Source of the DNA: Candidatus Rokuibacteriota bacterium
GTDB taxonomy: Bacteria > Methylomirabilota > Methylomirabilia > Rokubacteriales > DASRDR01
Assembly: GCA_044866005.1 (NCBI GenBank)
Contig: JBIOTN010000223.1
Location: 2,354-66,353, forward strand
Reading direction: 5' to 3'
Length of the DNA: 64,000 bases
Below the pieces are notes generated by a model. That model saw only the letters and a list, made by a program, of their open reading frames with translations. It did no database searches and was not told the DNA's origin. This document shows, piece by piece, positions 16,768 through 25,742 of this stretch; position 1 is the first letter of the stretch; every line of letters begins with the position of its first letter. The translations under genes were made by a program, and so were the position numbers.

Positions 16768-17795
16768 GGGACGGTCACGACGAGCTTCCCGAACTGCTGG
16801 CCGTTCTTCAGATATGTCAGCGCCGCGGCCGTCTCCGCCAGCGGGAAGGTCCGGTCCACGACCGGCCGGAGGCGTCCCGCGAAGAGCTGACCCATGACGT
16901 CGCGGAACTCCTTGCGATTGGACATCGTCGAGCCGATGATCCGGAGCTGCTTCCAGAAGAGCATGGGGATGAGGGTCTCGCCGATCGGGCCCGAGGTGGA
17001 GCCGCACGTGACGAGACGGCCCCCCGCCGCCAGGGCGCGGATCGAGCCGGCCCAGGTGGCGGCGCCGACGTTGTCGAGGACGACGTCCGCGCCGCGCTTT
17101 CCCGTCCACTCGCGCACCGCCTTCGTCCAGTCGGTCTGCGTGTAGTTGACGCCCTCGTCCGCGCCGAGGGCCTTCGCCCGGCGGAGCTTCTCGTCGGAGC
17201 TCGACGTCACGAAGACCCGCGCGCCGCAGAGCTTGCCGATCTGCACGGCGGCCGAGGAGACCCCACCGCCGACCCCCAGCACCACCAGGTCCTCCGCCGG
17301 CCGGAGCGCCGCCTGGGTCACGAGCATGCGCCAGGCCGTCACGTTCACGAGGATGAAGGCGGCGGCGTCCTCGAAGCTCACGTGCGCGGGCAGGGGCAGG
17401 AGGTTCGCCGCCGGCACCGCGACCTGTTCGGCGAGGCCACCGGGGACGTGCTCGCCGATGATCCGGTACTGGACGCACATCGAGTCCTCGCCCCTGTCGC
17501 ACCACTCGCAGACGCCGCAGGAAAGGCTCGGGTTCACCGCCACCCGGGTGCCGGTCGCCACGCCGGTGACCCCGGGACCGACGGCGGCGACCTCGCCGGC
17601 GATGTCGCAGCCGGTCCAGAAGGGAAGCGGGGTCTTGAGCGCCGGGAGCCCTCCGAGCACCCAGAGGTCGAGGTGGTTCAGCCCGCACGCCCGGACGCGG
17701 ATCAGCGCTTCGCCCGGGCCGGCGGTCGGGGCGGGCACCTCCTCGATGCGGACCCGCTCGGGGCCGCCGAACTCGCGGAAGACGGCTGCCTTCAT
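16764..17795 (-). CDS. zinc-binding alcohol dehydrogenase / MDR-family oxidoreductase
   Basis: Start at ATG 17793-17795 (MKAAVFREFGGPERVRIEEVPAPTAGPGEALIRVRACGLNHLDLWV) with GGAGGAG upstream. GroES-like plus Rossmann: VVLGVGGGVSSAAVQIGKLCGARVFVTSSS. Confidence 0.8.
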   Translation of the reverse strand: MKAAVFREFGGPERVRIEEVPAPTAGPGEALIRVRACGLNHLDLWVLGGLPALKTPLPFWTGCDIAGEVAAVGPGVTGVATGTRVAVNPSLSCGVCEWCDRGEDSMCVQYRIIGEHVPGGLAEQVAVPAANLLPLPAHVSFEDAAAFILVNVTAWRMLVTQAALRPAEDLVVLGVGGGVSSAAVQIGKLCGARVFVTSSSDEKLRRAKALGADEGVNYTQTDWTKAVREWTGKRGADVVLDNVGAATWAGSIRALAAGGRLVTCGSTSGPIGETLIPMLFWKQLRIIGSTMSNRKEFRDVMGQLFAGRLRPVVDRTFPLAETAAALTYLKNGQQFGKLVVTVP

Positions 17796-18083
17796 TGGCT
17801 CTGGCTCCTCCGTGGTCAGTCGCGTGCGGGGACCAGCAGCGCGAGAGCAGCGGGCGGCGACGATCGGGCCCGCCGTCGGCACGGCAGGCCTATTCTAACG
17901 TCCGCCGGCCGGGCCGAGAAGCGAGCAGCCCCGGCGTACGCGGGAGCGGGCCGAGACCCGAGCAGGTCAAGGACGCGAAGAGCCCGGGGGGAGGCAGGCC
18001 CGATGCCGTCGCCGAAGGGCGACGGCCGCGGCTTTGCCGCGAGGGCCGTCGGAGGGGGCTGTCGAAGCCCCCTCCGAAGTGAA

Positions 18084-18518
18084 TCAGCGCCAGGAGCCGG
18101 GGACGAGCACCCACCCCCACCCATTCCAGATCCATTGCGGCGGGACGAAGACCGGGGGCGGCCCGGACGGCGAGCCGGCGCCGTGGCAGGCGCCACAGTG
18201 GTAGCCCCATCCGTGACCGTAGCCGCGACCGTAGTAGCCGAAGCCACGGTCGCCGGCGCCCCGGCCCCAGCTCCCGTCGCGAAAGCCGGGGCGCGCACGG
18301 TCGTCGACCCAGCCGGGGCGCTGGGGGATCGCGTAGGCCGGGGGCGACGCGGGCTCCCGCCCCGACCCGTACCCGGAGGGGTAGGCGGAGCCGCTCCCCG
18401 GCGCACCGCCGGCCAGGGCCGGCCCCGGCGAGGCGGACCCGACCACGACCCCGGCGAGGGCGAGCGCGACCCCGGTCGCCACGTGAGCCCGACGTCTCGA
18501 GCCAGTCGTCTCGCGCAT
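18084..18518 (-). CDS. glycine/tyrosine-rich secreted protein of unknown function
   Basis: Start at ATG 18516-18518 with GGGAGG upstream. Signal peptide MRETTGSRRRAHVATGVALALAGVVVGSASPGPALA. Mature part is low-complexity: GYGSGREP...GFGYYGRGYGHGWGYHCGACHGAG...WIWNGWGWVLVPGSWR. Confidence 0.45.
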   Translation of the reverse strand: MRETTGSRRRAHVATGVALALAGVVVGSASPGPALAGGAPGSGSAYPSGYGSGREPASPPAYAIPQRPGWVDDRARPGFRDGSWGRGAGDRGFGYYGRGYGHGWGYHCGACHGAGSPSGPPPVFVPPQWIWNGWGWVLVPGSWR

Positions 18519-18796
18519 CGCGATGCCTCCCGTCTTCCTCATGATGCCATCTTGGACGGACCAGCCGCCCGGCGTTATTCCGGCCCGAGCGCGACCGCCG
18601 CCCGCGTCACACGGGCGCCCCGCGCGCCGCCGGACGCGGCCCGCGGTGGGCCCGCGGCTTGACAAGCCGCGGGCGTGTCTGCTTAGATACCCGCAAGCAC
18701 ATCCCCTGTCTTGGCCGCCATCTACTCCGAGCTTTCGCGGGCCCCAACGGTCACGGCCGTCTGTCGTCTCCGGCAGACGGACTCCGGAGGCGAACG

Positions 18797-19987
18797 ATGA
18801 GACACGCGCGCGGGACCCTGCTCCTCCTCGGCAGCCTGGGCCTCCTGATGGCCGCACTCCTGGCGTCGCCGGGCTGGGCGCAGGCGCCGATCCGGATCGG
18901 CGCTTCGCTCTCGCTCACCGGCACCTACGCCGCGCCGGCCCAGAACCAGCACCGCGGCTACCAGCTCTGCGCCAAGCAGGTGAACGAGAAGGGCGGGGTG
19001 CTGGGCCGCAAGATCGAGTTCGTGTTCTACGACGACCAGTCCCAGCCGGGCACGGGCGTGCGGCTCTACGAGAAGCTCATCACCCAGGACAAGGTGGACG
19101 TCATCCTCGGCCCCTACTCGTCCCCCGTCAGCGAGGCCGTCGCGAACGTCAACGAGAAGTACACCATGCCCATGATCGCGCCGATGGCGTCGACGACCTC
19201 CATCTTCAAGAAGGGCCGGAAGTTCATCTTCATGGTGCAGTCGCCGGCCGAGGTGTACCTGGAGGGGCTGATCGACATCGCCGCCCAGCGAGGCCTCAAG
19301 ACGGTCGCGCTGGTCAACGAGGACACGCTCTTCCCCAAGGCCACGGTGCAGGGGACGATCGAGCTGGCCAAGAAGAAGGGCCTGCAGGTCGTCTTCGTCG
19401 AGGCCTACCCGAAGGGGAACACCGACTTCTCGGCGCTCCTGACCAAGGTCCGGGCGTCGAACGCCGACGTGCTGGGCGCGTCGACCTATTTCGACGACGC
19501 GGTGGCGATCACGCGCCAGATGAAGGAGCTGAACGTCAACCCCAAGATGTACGGGGTCACGGTCGGCGGCGACCTGCCGAAGTTCTACGAGCTGCTCGGG
19601 AAGAACGCCGAGTTCGTCTACGGCGCCTCCCAGTGGGAGCCCGAGCTCCCGTATCCCGGGTCCAAGGAGTTCGTCGAGGCCTACAAGAAGGAGTTCCCCG
19701 GCGCGGACCTCTCCTATCACTCGGCCGGCGGCTACGCCGGTTGCCAGATCATGGTGGAGGCGATCAAGCGGGCCGGGTCCCTGGATGGCGAGAAGATCCG
19801 GCAGCAGATCCTGAAGCTCGACACGAACACGGTCTACGGCGCGTTCAAGGTGGACCAGGACGGCTTCCAGGTCTCCCACAAGATGATCACGTTCCAGTGG
19901 CAGGACGGCAAGAAGGCGATCGTCTGGCCGGACGAGCTGGCGTCGGGGAAGGTCCGCTTCCCGACGCCGCCGTGGAGCCAGCGGTAG
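18797..19987 (+). CDS. livK: branched-chain amino acid ABC transporter substrate-binding protein
   Basis: ATG 18797 preceded by GGAGG. Signal peptide plus type I periplasmic binding fold: IRIGASLSLTGTYAAPAQNQHRGYQLCAKQVNEKGGVLGRKIEFVFYDDQS. First gene of the liv operon. Confidence 0.9.
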   Translation: MRHARGTLLLLGSLGLLMAALLASPGWAQAPIRIGASLSLTGTYAAPAQNQHRGYQLCAKQVNEKGGVLGRKIEFVFYDDQSQPGTGVRLYEKLITQDKVDVILGPYSSPVSEAVANVNEKYTMPMIAPMASTTSIFKKGRKFIFMVQSPAEVYLEGLIDIAAQRGLKTVALVNEDTLFPKATVQGTIELAKKKGLQVVFVEAYPKGNTDFSALLTKVRASNADVLGASTYFDDAVAITRQMKELNVNPKMYGVTVGGDLPKFYELLGKNAEFVYGASQWEPELPYPGSKEFVEAYKKEFPGADLSYHSAGGYAGCQIMVEAIKRAGSLDGEKIRQQILKLDTNTVYGAFKVDQDGFQVSHKMITFQWQDGKKAIVWPDELASGKVRFPTPPWSQR

Positions 19988-20063
19988 GCGCGTGACGCGC
20001 TGACGTCGCCGTGAACGGCGCCCGCCGGCCCTCCGGCGGGCGCCCGTGCGTTCGGGGACAGGT

Positions 20064-20942
20064 GTGAGCGTCTTCATCACGCCGACGATGGTCGGGCAGG
20101 TCGTCATCTCCGGCCTGCTGGCCGGCGCGCTCTACGCGATGGTGGCGCTCGGGCTCGCGCTCATCTTCGGGGTCATGCGTGTCATCAACGTGGCGCACGG
20201 CACGCTCCTGACGCTCGGCGCGTACACGACCTTCTGGTGGTTCCAGTGGCTCGGCGTCAACCCGTACCTGTCCCTCCTGGCCTCGATGCCGCTCATGTTC
20301 CTGCTCGGCGTGGTGCTCCAGCGACTGATGGTGAGCCGGGTCGTGGACGCGCCGGAGCTCTCCTCGCTCCTCCTCACCTTCGGCATCTCGATCGCGCTGG
20401 TCAACCTGATGCAGCTCGGCTGGAGCTCCGATCTCCGCTCGGTCGAGTTCCTCACGGGCGCGTTCCTCGTCGGGCCCTTCGCCTTCTCCAAGTCGCGGCT
20501 GGTCGCCTTCGCGTTCGCCGCCGCGATCACGCTCCTGGCGTTCTGGTTCCTCCAGCGGACGCGCTTCGGCAAGGCGATCCGCGCCACGTCGCAGAGCCGC
20601 GAGGTGGCCATGGTCTGCGGGGTGAACGTCCGGCAGGTCCACCTCTTCGCGTTCGGGATGGCGTCGGCGCTCGCCGCCGCGGGCGGGAGCCTGGTGGCCG
20701 TGATGGTGGCCATCCAGCCGGAGATGGGCCAGGTCTACACCTTCAAGTCGTTCCTGGTCATCGTGCTCGGCGGGGCGGGGAACTATCCGGGCGCGCTCCT
20801 GGGCGGGATGCTCCTGGGGCTCGTGGAGCAGCTCACGTCGCTCTTTCTGACCACCCAGCTCTCGGAGGCGGTGGCGTACGTGCTCCTGGTGCTCGTCCTC
20901 CTGGTGCGCCCGACCGGGCTCCTGGGAGGACGTGCGACGTGA
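20064..20942 (+). CDS. livH: branched-chain amino acid ABC transporter permease LivH (start 20046/20064/20088 ambiguous)
   Basis: Multi-TM with the LivH signature VINVAHGTLLTLGAYTTFW...GNYPGALLGGMLLGLVEQ. Confidence 0.85.
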   Translation: MSVFITPTMVGQVVISGLLAGALYAMVALGLALIFGVMRVINVAHGTLLTLGAYTTFWWFQWLGVNPYLSLLASMPLMFLLGVVLQRLMVSRVVDAPELSSLLLTFGISIALVNLMQLGWSSDLRSVEFLTGAFLVGPFAFSKSRLVAFAFAAAITLLAFWFLQRTRFGKAIRATSQSREVAMVCGVNVRQVHLFAFGMASALAAAGGSLVAVMVAIQPEMGQVYTFKSFLVIVLGGAGNYPGALLGGMLLGLVEQLTSLFLTTQLSEAVAYVLLVLVLLVRPTGLLGGRAT

Positions 20943-21859
20943 AGTGGGCGCTCCTCGGGGCGCTCCTGGCCGCGCTCGTCCTCCTCGCCGCCTACCCCGT
21001 CGTCGCCTCGGGGTACGGGATCCGCTTCATGCTCCAGCTCTTCATGTGGGTCGCGCTCGCGCAGAGCTGGAATCTCATCTCCGGCCTGACGGGCTACGTC
21101 TCCTTCGGCCACGTCGCGTTCTTCGGCACGGGCGCCTACGCGGCCGCGATCCTCGAGGGGAGCCAGGGCTGGCCCTGGGCCCTCGCCGCGGTCGCGGGCG
21201 GCGTCGCCGCCGTCGTCCTGGCGCTCTGCATCGGGTACCCCTGCCTGCGCCTGAAGGGTCCGTATTTCGCCATCGCCATGCTGGGGCTCAACGAGGTGAT
21301 GCGCGTGCTCGTGTCGTACTTCGAGGGGCTGACCGGCGGGGGGCTGGGGCTGTCGCTCCCCGCGCTCTACGCGAGCAGGGAGATCTACTACGCCATGGGG
21401 CTGGCGGCGCTCGTCGTGACGGCGGCCGCGCACCTCATCATCACGTCGCGGTTCGGCCTCCGCCTCATGACGATCCGGGAGGACGAGATCGCCGCCGAGG
21501 CCATGGGCATCGACACCGCGCGCTACAAGCTCTACGCGTTCCTCCTCTCGGCCTTCGTGCCGGGCGTGGTCGGTGGGCTGTTCGCGCGGGACCAGGGCTA
21601 CATCGAGCCGGTCGCGGTCTTCCCGCTCGCCTTCACCATCACCATGATCGTCATGGCGCTCTTCGGCGGCAAGGGCACCGTGTGGGGGCCGGTCCTCGGC
21701 GCCGCGGCGCTCTTCGTCTTCCAGGAGATCGTCTGGGCGCGGTTTCTCTTTCTCCACCAGATCCTCTTCGGCGGCATCATCATCCTGGTGGTCCTGTTCA
21801 TGCCGCGCGGCATCCTCGGCGTCCTGCAGCAGCGCTACCGGCTGCCGCGGTACGTGTGA
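20939..21859 (+). CDS. livM: branched-chain amino acid ABC transporter permease LivM
   Basis: GTG 20939 overlaps the livH TGA (GTGA). LivM-like: LISGLTGYVSFGHVAFFGTGAYAAAIL...FGGKGTVWGPVLGAAALFVFQEIV. Confidence 0.85.
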   Translation: MKWALLGALLAALVLLAAYPVVASGYGIRFMLQLFMWVALAQSWNLISGLTGYVSFGHVAFFGTGAYAAAILEGSQGWPWALAAVAGGVAAVVLALCIGYPCLRLKGPYFAIAMLGLNEVMRVLVSYFEGLTGGGLGLSLPALYASREIYYAMGLAALVVTAAAHLIITSRFGLRLMTIREDEIAAEAMGIDTARYKLYAFLLSAFVPGVVGGLFARDQGYIEPVAVFPLAFTITMIVMALFGGKGTVWGPVLGAAALFVFQEIVWARFLFLHQILFGGIIILVVLFMPRGILGVLQQRYRLPRYV

Positions 21860-21869
21860 CGCCCTGCCG

Positions 21870-22577
21870 ATGGAGCCGCCGATCCTCGAGATCTCCGACC
21901 TGACCAAGCGCTTCGGCGGCGTCACGGCGGTGAGCCGGTGCTCGCTCGCGCTCACGCCCGGACGCATCTACGGCCTGATCGGGCCGAACGGCTCGGGCAA
22001 GACGACGCTGTTCAACTGCATCACCGGGCTCGTCGTGCGCGACGCCGGCACGATCCGCTTCCGCGGGCAGCGCGTGGACGGCCTCCCCTCGCACCGCGTC
22101 GCGGCGCTCGGGATCGGCCGCACCTTCCAGGTCATCCGGGTCTTCCCCGAGCTCACCGCGCTCGAGAACCTCCTCGTCGTCTCGCGCGGCGAGCGGGAGG
22201 CGGCGCTCCGCCGGGCCCGCGAGCTCCTCGCCTTCGTCCGGCTGGACGGGCTGGAGGCCGAGTACGCGGGCAACCTCTCCTACGGGCAGCAGAAGCTCCT
22301 CGAGTTCGTCCGCGTGCTGATGATCGACCCGGCCCTGATCCTGCTCGACGAGCCCGCCGCCGGCGTCAACCGCACGCTGCTGAACGACCTGCTCGCGGCC
22401 ATCCGGCGCCTGCGCGCCGAAGGGCGGACGATCCTGATCGTCGAGCACGACATGAAGGTCGTGATGGGACTCTGCGAACAGGTCTTCGTCCTGGACCAGG
22501 GGGAGAAGATCGCCGAGGGTCCGCCCGAGGCGATCCAGCGGGACGAGCGGGTCGTCGAGGCCTACTTTGGGCGCTGA
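21870..22577 (+). CDS. livG: branched-chain amino acid ABC transporter ATP-binding protein LivG
   Basis: Walker A GPNGSGKTT, ABC signature LSYGQQKLLEF, Walker B ILLDEPAAGV. Confidence 0.9.
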   Translation: MEPPILEISDLTKRFGGVTAVSRCSLALTPGRIYGLIGPNGSGKTTLFNCITGLVVRDAGTIRFRGQRVDGLPSHRVAALGIGRTFQVIRVFPELTALENLLVVSRGEREAALRRARELLAFVRLDGLEAEYAGNLSYGQQKLLEFVRVLMIDPALILLDEPAAGVNRTLLNDLLAAIRRLRAEGRTILIVEHDMKVVMGLCEQVFVLDQGEKIAEGPPEAIQRDERVVEAYFGR

Positions 22578-22704
22578 CGGGGCGGTGCGCGCGCCCTACC
22601 CGCGTCCGCTCGCGGAGGGCGCGGCGAAGGGAGAGGCCGCCTCCTGGCGGAGGCCCGCGAGCCCCACCCCCGCGCCCCGGCCGTCGCCGCCGGGAGGGCG
22701 GGCG

Positions 22705-24174
22705 ATGCCCGTCCTCGCGGGCGTCGGCGTCGCGGGGACGGCGACGCTCGCGCTCGGCCTGACCGTGGGCTCGCTCGGCTGGCCGCTCGTCCACGACGCG
22801 CCGATCATGCACTACGTCGCGGCGCGCCTTCTCGGCGGCGCGACGCCGTACCGCGACTTCTTCGACATGAACTTCCCCGGCGTCTACCTGGTCCACGCGC
22901 TCGGGCTCGCCCTCCTCGGTGGGGGCGATGCCGGCTTCCGGGCCCTCGACCTCCTGCTCCTCGGCGGCACGGTGGCCGGGCTCGCCGTCACGCTCGTGCC
23001 CTTCGGGCGCGGCGCCGTCGCCGCCGGCGCGGCGCTCTTCTGGCTCTACCACGTGGCGGGGGGCGCCTGGCGCGCCGGGCAGCGGGACCTGATCCTCTGT
23101 CTGCCGCTGGCCTGGATGACCGCGGCCGCCCTCGCCGACGTCGCGAGGCCACGGCTCGGCCGCCTCGCGCTGGCGGGCGCGGCCCTGGGGGCGGCGGTCT
23201 GGATCAAGCCCCACGCCCTCCTGCTCCTCCCGCTCCTCGCCGCCCTGGCCTGGCGGCGGCCGCCCGGCTCGCGGGCCGCGGCGGTCGCGGCGCTGGCCGG
23301 CGGCATCGCCGCGCCGGCCGCGGGCGTCGTCGGCTGGCTCGCCGCAGCCGGCGCCCTGCCGGCGTTCCTCGACATCGTCTGGCACTACCTCGTCCCGCTC
23401 TACAGCCGCCTCGGGCGGACCCCGGTGCTCGCCGCCCTCCTCACGCACGACGTCGGGCCGCCGATCGTGGCGGGGCTCGGGCTCTGGGCGGTCGGCGGCG
23501 GCGTCGCGCTCTGGCGCGGCGGGGAGCGCGGGGCGCGGCTTTCCGTGCTCGCGGCGGGCGTGCTCTACGGCGCGCTTCACTTCGTCGTCCAGGGCAAGGG
23601 CTGGGAATATCACCTTTACCCCCTGGCCCTGTTCGCGGTGGCCCTCGGGGCGGCGGGGTTCGGGACGGCGCTCGCCGGCCACCGGCCGCGCGCCGCGGGG
23701 GCGCTCCTCCTGGCGCTCGTCCTCACGGCCGGGGCGCTCGGGGCCAAGGGGAGCCGGAACGTCGAGTCGGACTGGATCCGGCAGAAGCACGCGCGCGCGC
23801 TCGCGGTGGCGGCCGCGCTCGAGCCCGTCGCCCGGGCCGGCCGGTCGATCCAGGTCCTGGACACGACCGACGGCGGCGTCCACGCGCTCTACCTCCTGCG
23901 CGCGCGCCAGCCGACCCGCTTCCTGTACGACTTCCACTTCTATCACGACGTCGAGCACCCGTACGTCCGCCGGCTCCGGGCCGAGCTCCTCGCCGGGCTC
24001 ACCGCGCGGCCGCCGGGCGCGGTCGTGCTCTTCGAGCGCGGCTGGCCGCGGGGCGACTACGAGCGGCTGCGCCGGTTCCCCGAGCTGGCCGCGTGGCTCG
24101 CCGCCGGCTACCATCTGGTCCACGAAGGCGACGGCTACCGCCTCTATCTGCCCGTGGCGCCGTCACCGGGATAA
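22705..24174 (+). CDS. polytopic membrane protein, putative GT-C-fold glycosyltransferase-like protein (inserted between livG and livF)
   Basis: ATG 22705 preceded by GGGAGGG. About 12 predicted TM helices. N-terminal periplasmic loop DAPIMHYVAARLLGGATPYRDFFDMNFPGVYLVHAL resembles the Asp-containing first loop of GT-C enzymes (ArnT/PMT/DUF2029-like). C-terminal soluble domain. Confidence 0.45.
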   Translation: MPVLAGVGVAGTATLALGLTVGSLGWPLVHDAPIMHYVAARLLGGATPYRDFFDMNFPGVYLVHALGLALLGGGDAGFRALDLLLLGGTVAGLAVTLVPFGRGAVAAGAALFWLYHVAGGAWRAGQRDLILCLPLAWMTAAALADVARPRLGRLALAGAALGAAVWIKPHALLLLPLLAALAWRRPPGSRAAAVAALAGGIAAPAAGVVGWLAAAGALPAFLDIVWHYLVPLYSRLGRTPVLAALLTHDVGPPIVAGLGLWAVGGGVALWRGGERGARLSVLAAGVLYGALHFVVQGKGWEYHLYPLALFAVALGAAGFGTALAGHRPRAAGALLLALVLTAGALGAKGSRNVESDWIRQKHARALAVAAALEPVARAGRSIQVLDTTDGGVHALYLLRARQPTRFLYDFHFYHDVEHPYVRRLRAELLAGLTARPPGAVVLFERGWPRGDYERLRRFPELAAWLAAGYHLVHEGDGYRLYLPVAPSPG

Positions 24175-24176
24175 CG

Positions 24177-24821
24177 ATGCGACGCGAGGCGATCAGCCGG
24201 GTCATCGCGGCCTACGACGATCCGATCATCCGCGCCTACTCGTGGGGGCGGTTCCTGATCCTGCGCCAGCGCTTCCTGGACGAGATCGGGCAGTACCTGC
24301 CGGAGGAGGGGACGATCCTGGACATCGGGTGCGGCTTCGGGCTCTTCTCCCTCTACTACGCGCAGCTCTTCCCGGCCGCCCGCTTCCGCGGGATCGACCT
24401 CGACGCGCGGCGCGTCGCGCTGGCCAGCGACGCGGCGCGGCGACTGGGCCTGACCAACACGAGCTACGCGGTGGGGGACGCGCGGGAGTACCGGGCGGAC
24501 GCCGAGCACGCCGCCGCGTACATGCTCGACATCGTGCACCACGTGCCGCCCGAGACCGTCCCGCCGCTCCTCAGCGAGCTCCACAAGGCGATCCGCCCCG
24601 GCGGCCGGCTGATCGTCAAGGACGTGGACACCCAGCCCGCCTACAAGCGCTGGTTCACGCACGCGCTGGACCTCCTCATGAGCCCGCGGAGCGTCATCCA
24701 CTACTGGCCGGCCGGCGAGCTGCAGGCCCTCCTCGAGCGCGTGGGCTTCCGGGTCTACCGCCACCTGATGGTGGACATCCTGCCGTACCCCCACGTGCTC
24801 TACGTGTGCCACCGGGACTGA
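24177..24821 (+). CDS. class I SAM-dependent methyltransferase
   Basis: ATG 24177 lies 3 nt after the stop of the upstream membrane protein. Motif I ILDIGCGFGLFSLYYA, motif post-I RFRGIDLD, motif II-like RPGGRLIVKD. Confidence 0.75.
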   Translation: MRREAISRVIAAYDDPIIRAYSWGRFLILRQRFLDEIGQYLPEEGTILDIGCGFGLFSLYYAQLFPAARFRGIDLDARRVALASDAARRLGLTNTSYAVGDAREYRADAEHAAAYMLDIVHHVPPETVPPLLSELHKAIRPGGRLIVKDVDTQPAYKRWFTHALDLLMSPRSVIHYWPAGELQALLERVGFRVYRHLMVDILPYPHVLYVCHRD

Positions 24822-24831
24822 CGACCGGCCC

Positions 24832-25554
24832 GTGAGCCCGCCCGCCCCGCTCCTGACGGTCGAGGACGTCCACGCCGGCTACGGCCGGACCCCGATCCTC
24901 CACGGCGTGAGCCTGAGCGTGCGGGCGCGCGAGGTCGTGGCGATCATCGGTCCGAACGGCGCCGGCAAGTCCACCGCCTTCAAGGTCATCGTGGGCTTCC
25001 TGCGTCCGCAGCAAGGACACGTTCGGTTCGACGGGGCGCCCATCACGGCCCTCCGCCCCGACGAGGTGCTGCGGCGGGGGCTCGCCTACGTGCCCCAGGG
25101 GCGTATCGTATTCCCGCAGATGACCGTGCTCGAGAATCTGGAGATGGGGGCCTACATCGAGCGCGACCGGGGGCGGATCGCCGAGGCCCTGGAGCGCGTG
25201 TACCGGCTCTTCCCCATCCTCCGCGAGCGCGGCCGGCAGAAGGCCGGCACGCTGTCGGGCGGGGAGCAGCAGATGCTCGCCATCGGGCGCGCCCTGATGA
25301 CGCAGCCGCGGCTGATCCTGCTCGACGAGCCGTCGCTCGGGTTGTCCCCGAAGTTCCTCGGGATCATCTTCGAGAAGATCGCCGAGCTGAAGGCGGCCGG
25401 CATGACGATGATGATCGTCGAGCAGAACGCGGTGAAGGCGCTCGCGGTGGCCGACCGGGGCTACGTGCTCGAGCTGGGGCGGAACCGGTTCGAGGGCCCC
25501 GGCCCCGCGCTCCTGGCGGATCCCGAAGTGAAGCGCCTCTACCTGGGCGGCTAG
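24832..25554 (+). CDS. livF: branched-chain amino acid ABC transporter ATP-binding protein LivF
   Basis: Walker A GPNGAGKST, signature LSGGEQQMLAIGRAL, Walker B LILLDEPSLGL. Typical LivF N-terminus LLTVEDVHAGYG. Confidence 0.9.
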   Translation: MSPPAPLLTVEDVHAGYGRTPILHGVSLSVRAREVVAIIGPNGAGKSTAFKVIVGFLRPQQGHVRFDGAPITALRPDEVLRRGLAYVPQGRIVFPQMTVLENLEMGAYIERDRGRIAEALERVYRLFPILRERGRQKAGTLSGGEQQMLAIGRALMTQPRLILLDEPSLGLSPKFLGIIFEKIAELKAAGMTMMIVEQNAVKALAVADRGYVLELGRNRFEGPGPALLADPEVKRLYLGG

Positions 25555-25559
25555 CGGCC

Positions 25560-25735
25560 GTGCCGATAAGCATCGCATCCCGGCGTCCTCGGTCGTCGGC
25601 GGCCCTCAACGTACAACCGCGTACGCCTCGGGCCGCCTCCTCCCTGCGTCCTGGGGCTGCTCGCTTCTCGGCCCGGCCGATCGCGGCCGTGCCGATAAGC
25701 ATCGCATCCCGGCGTCCTCGGAAGACGCCGTGAGG
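25560..25735. repeat. intergenic repeat family B, two tandem units starting GTGCCGATAAGCATCGCATCCCGGCGTCCTCGG (25560 and 25689); related copies at 39906-40135 and 63229-63320
   Basis: A 33-bp direct repeat lies 129 bp apart. The 39906 copy shares the flanking GTGCCGATAAGC(A/G)TCGCATCCCGGCGTCCT and GTCGTCGGCGGCCCTCAACGTACA(A/C)CCGCGTACGC modules plus a 56-bp extra segment. That extra segment is also found at 63240-63310. Confidence 0.8.
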
Positions 25736-25742
25736 CCGGAAC

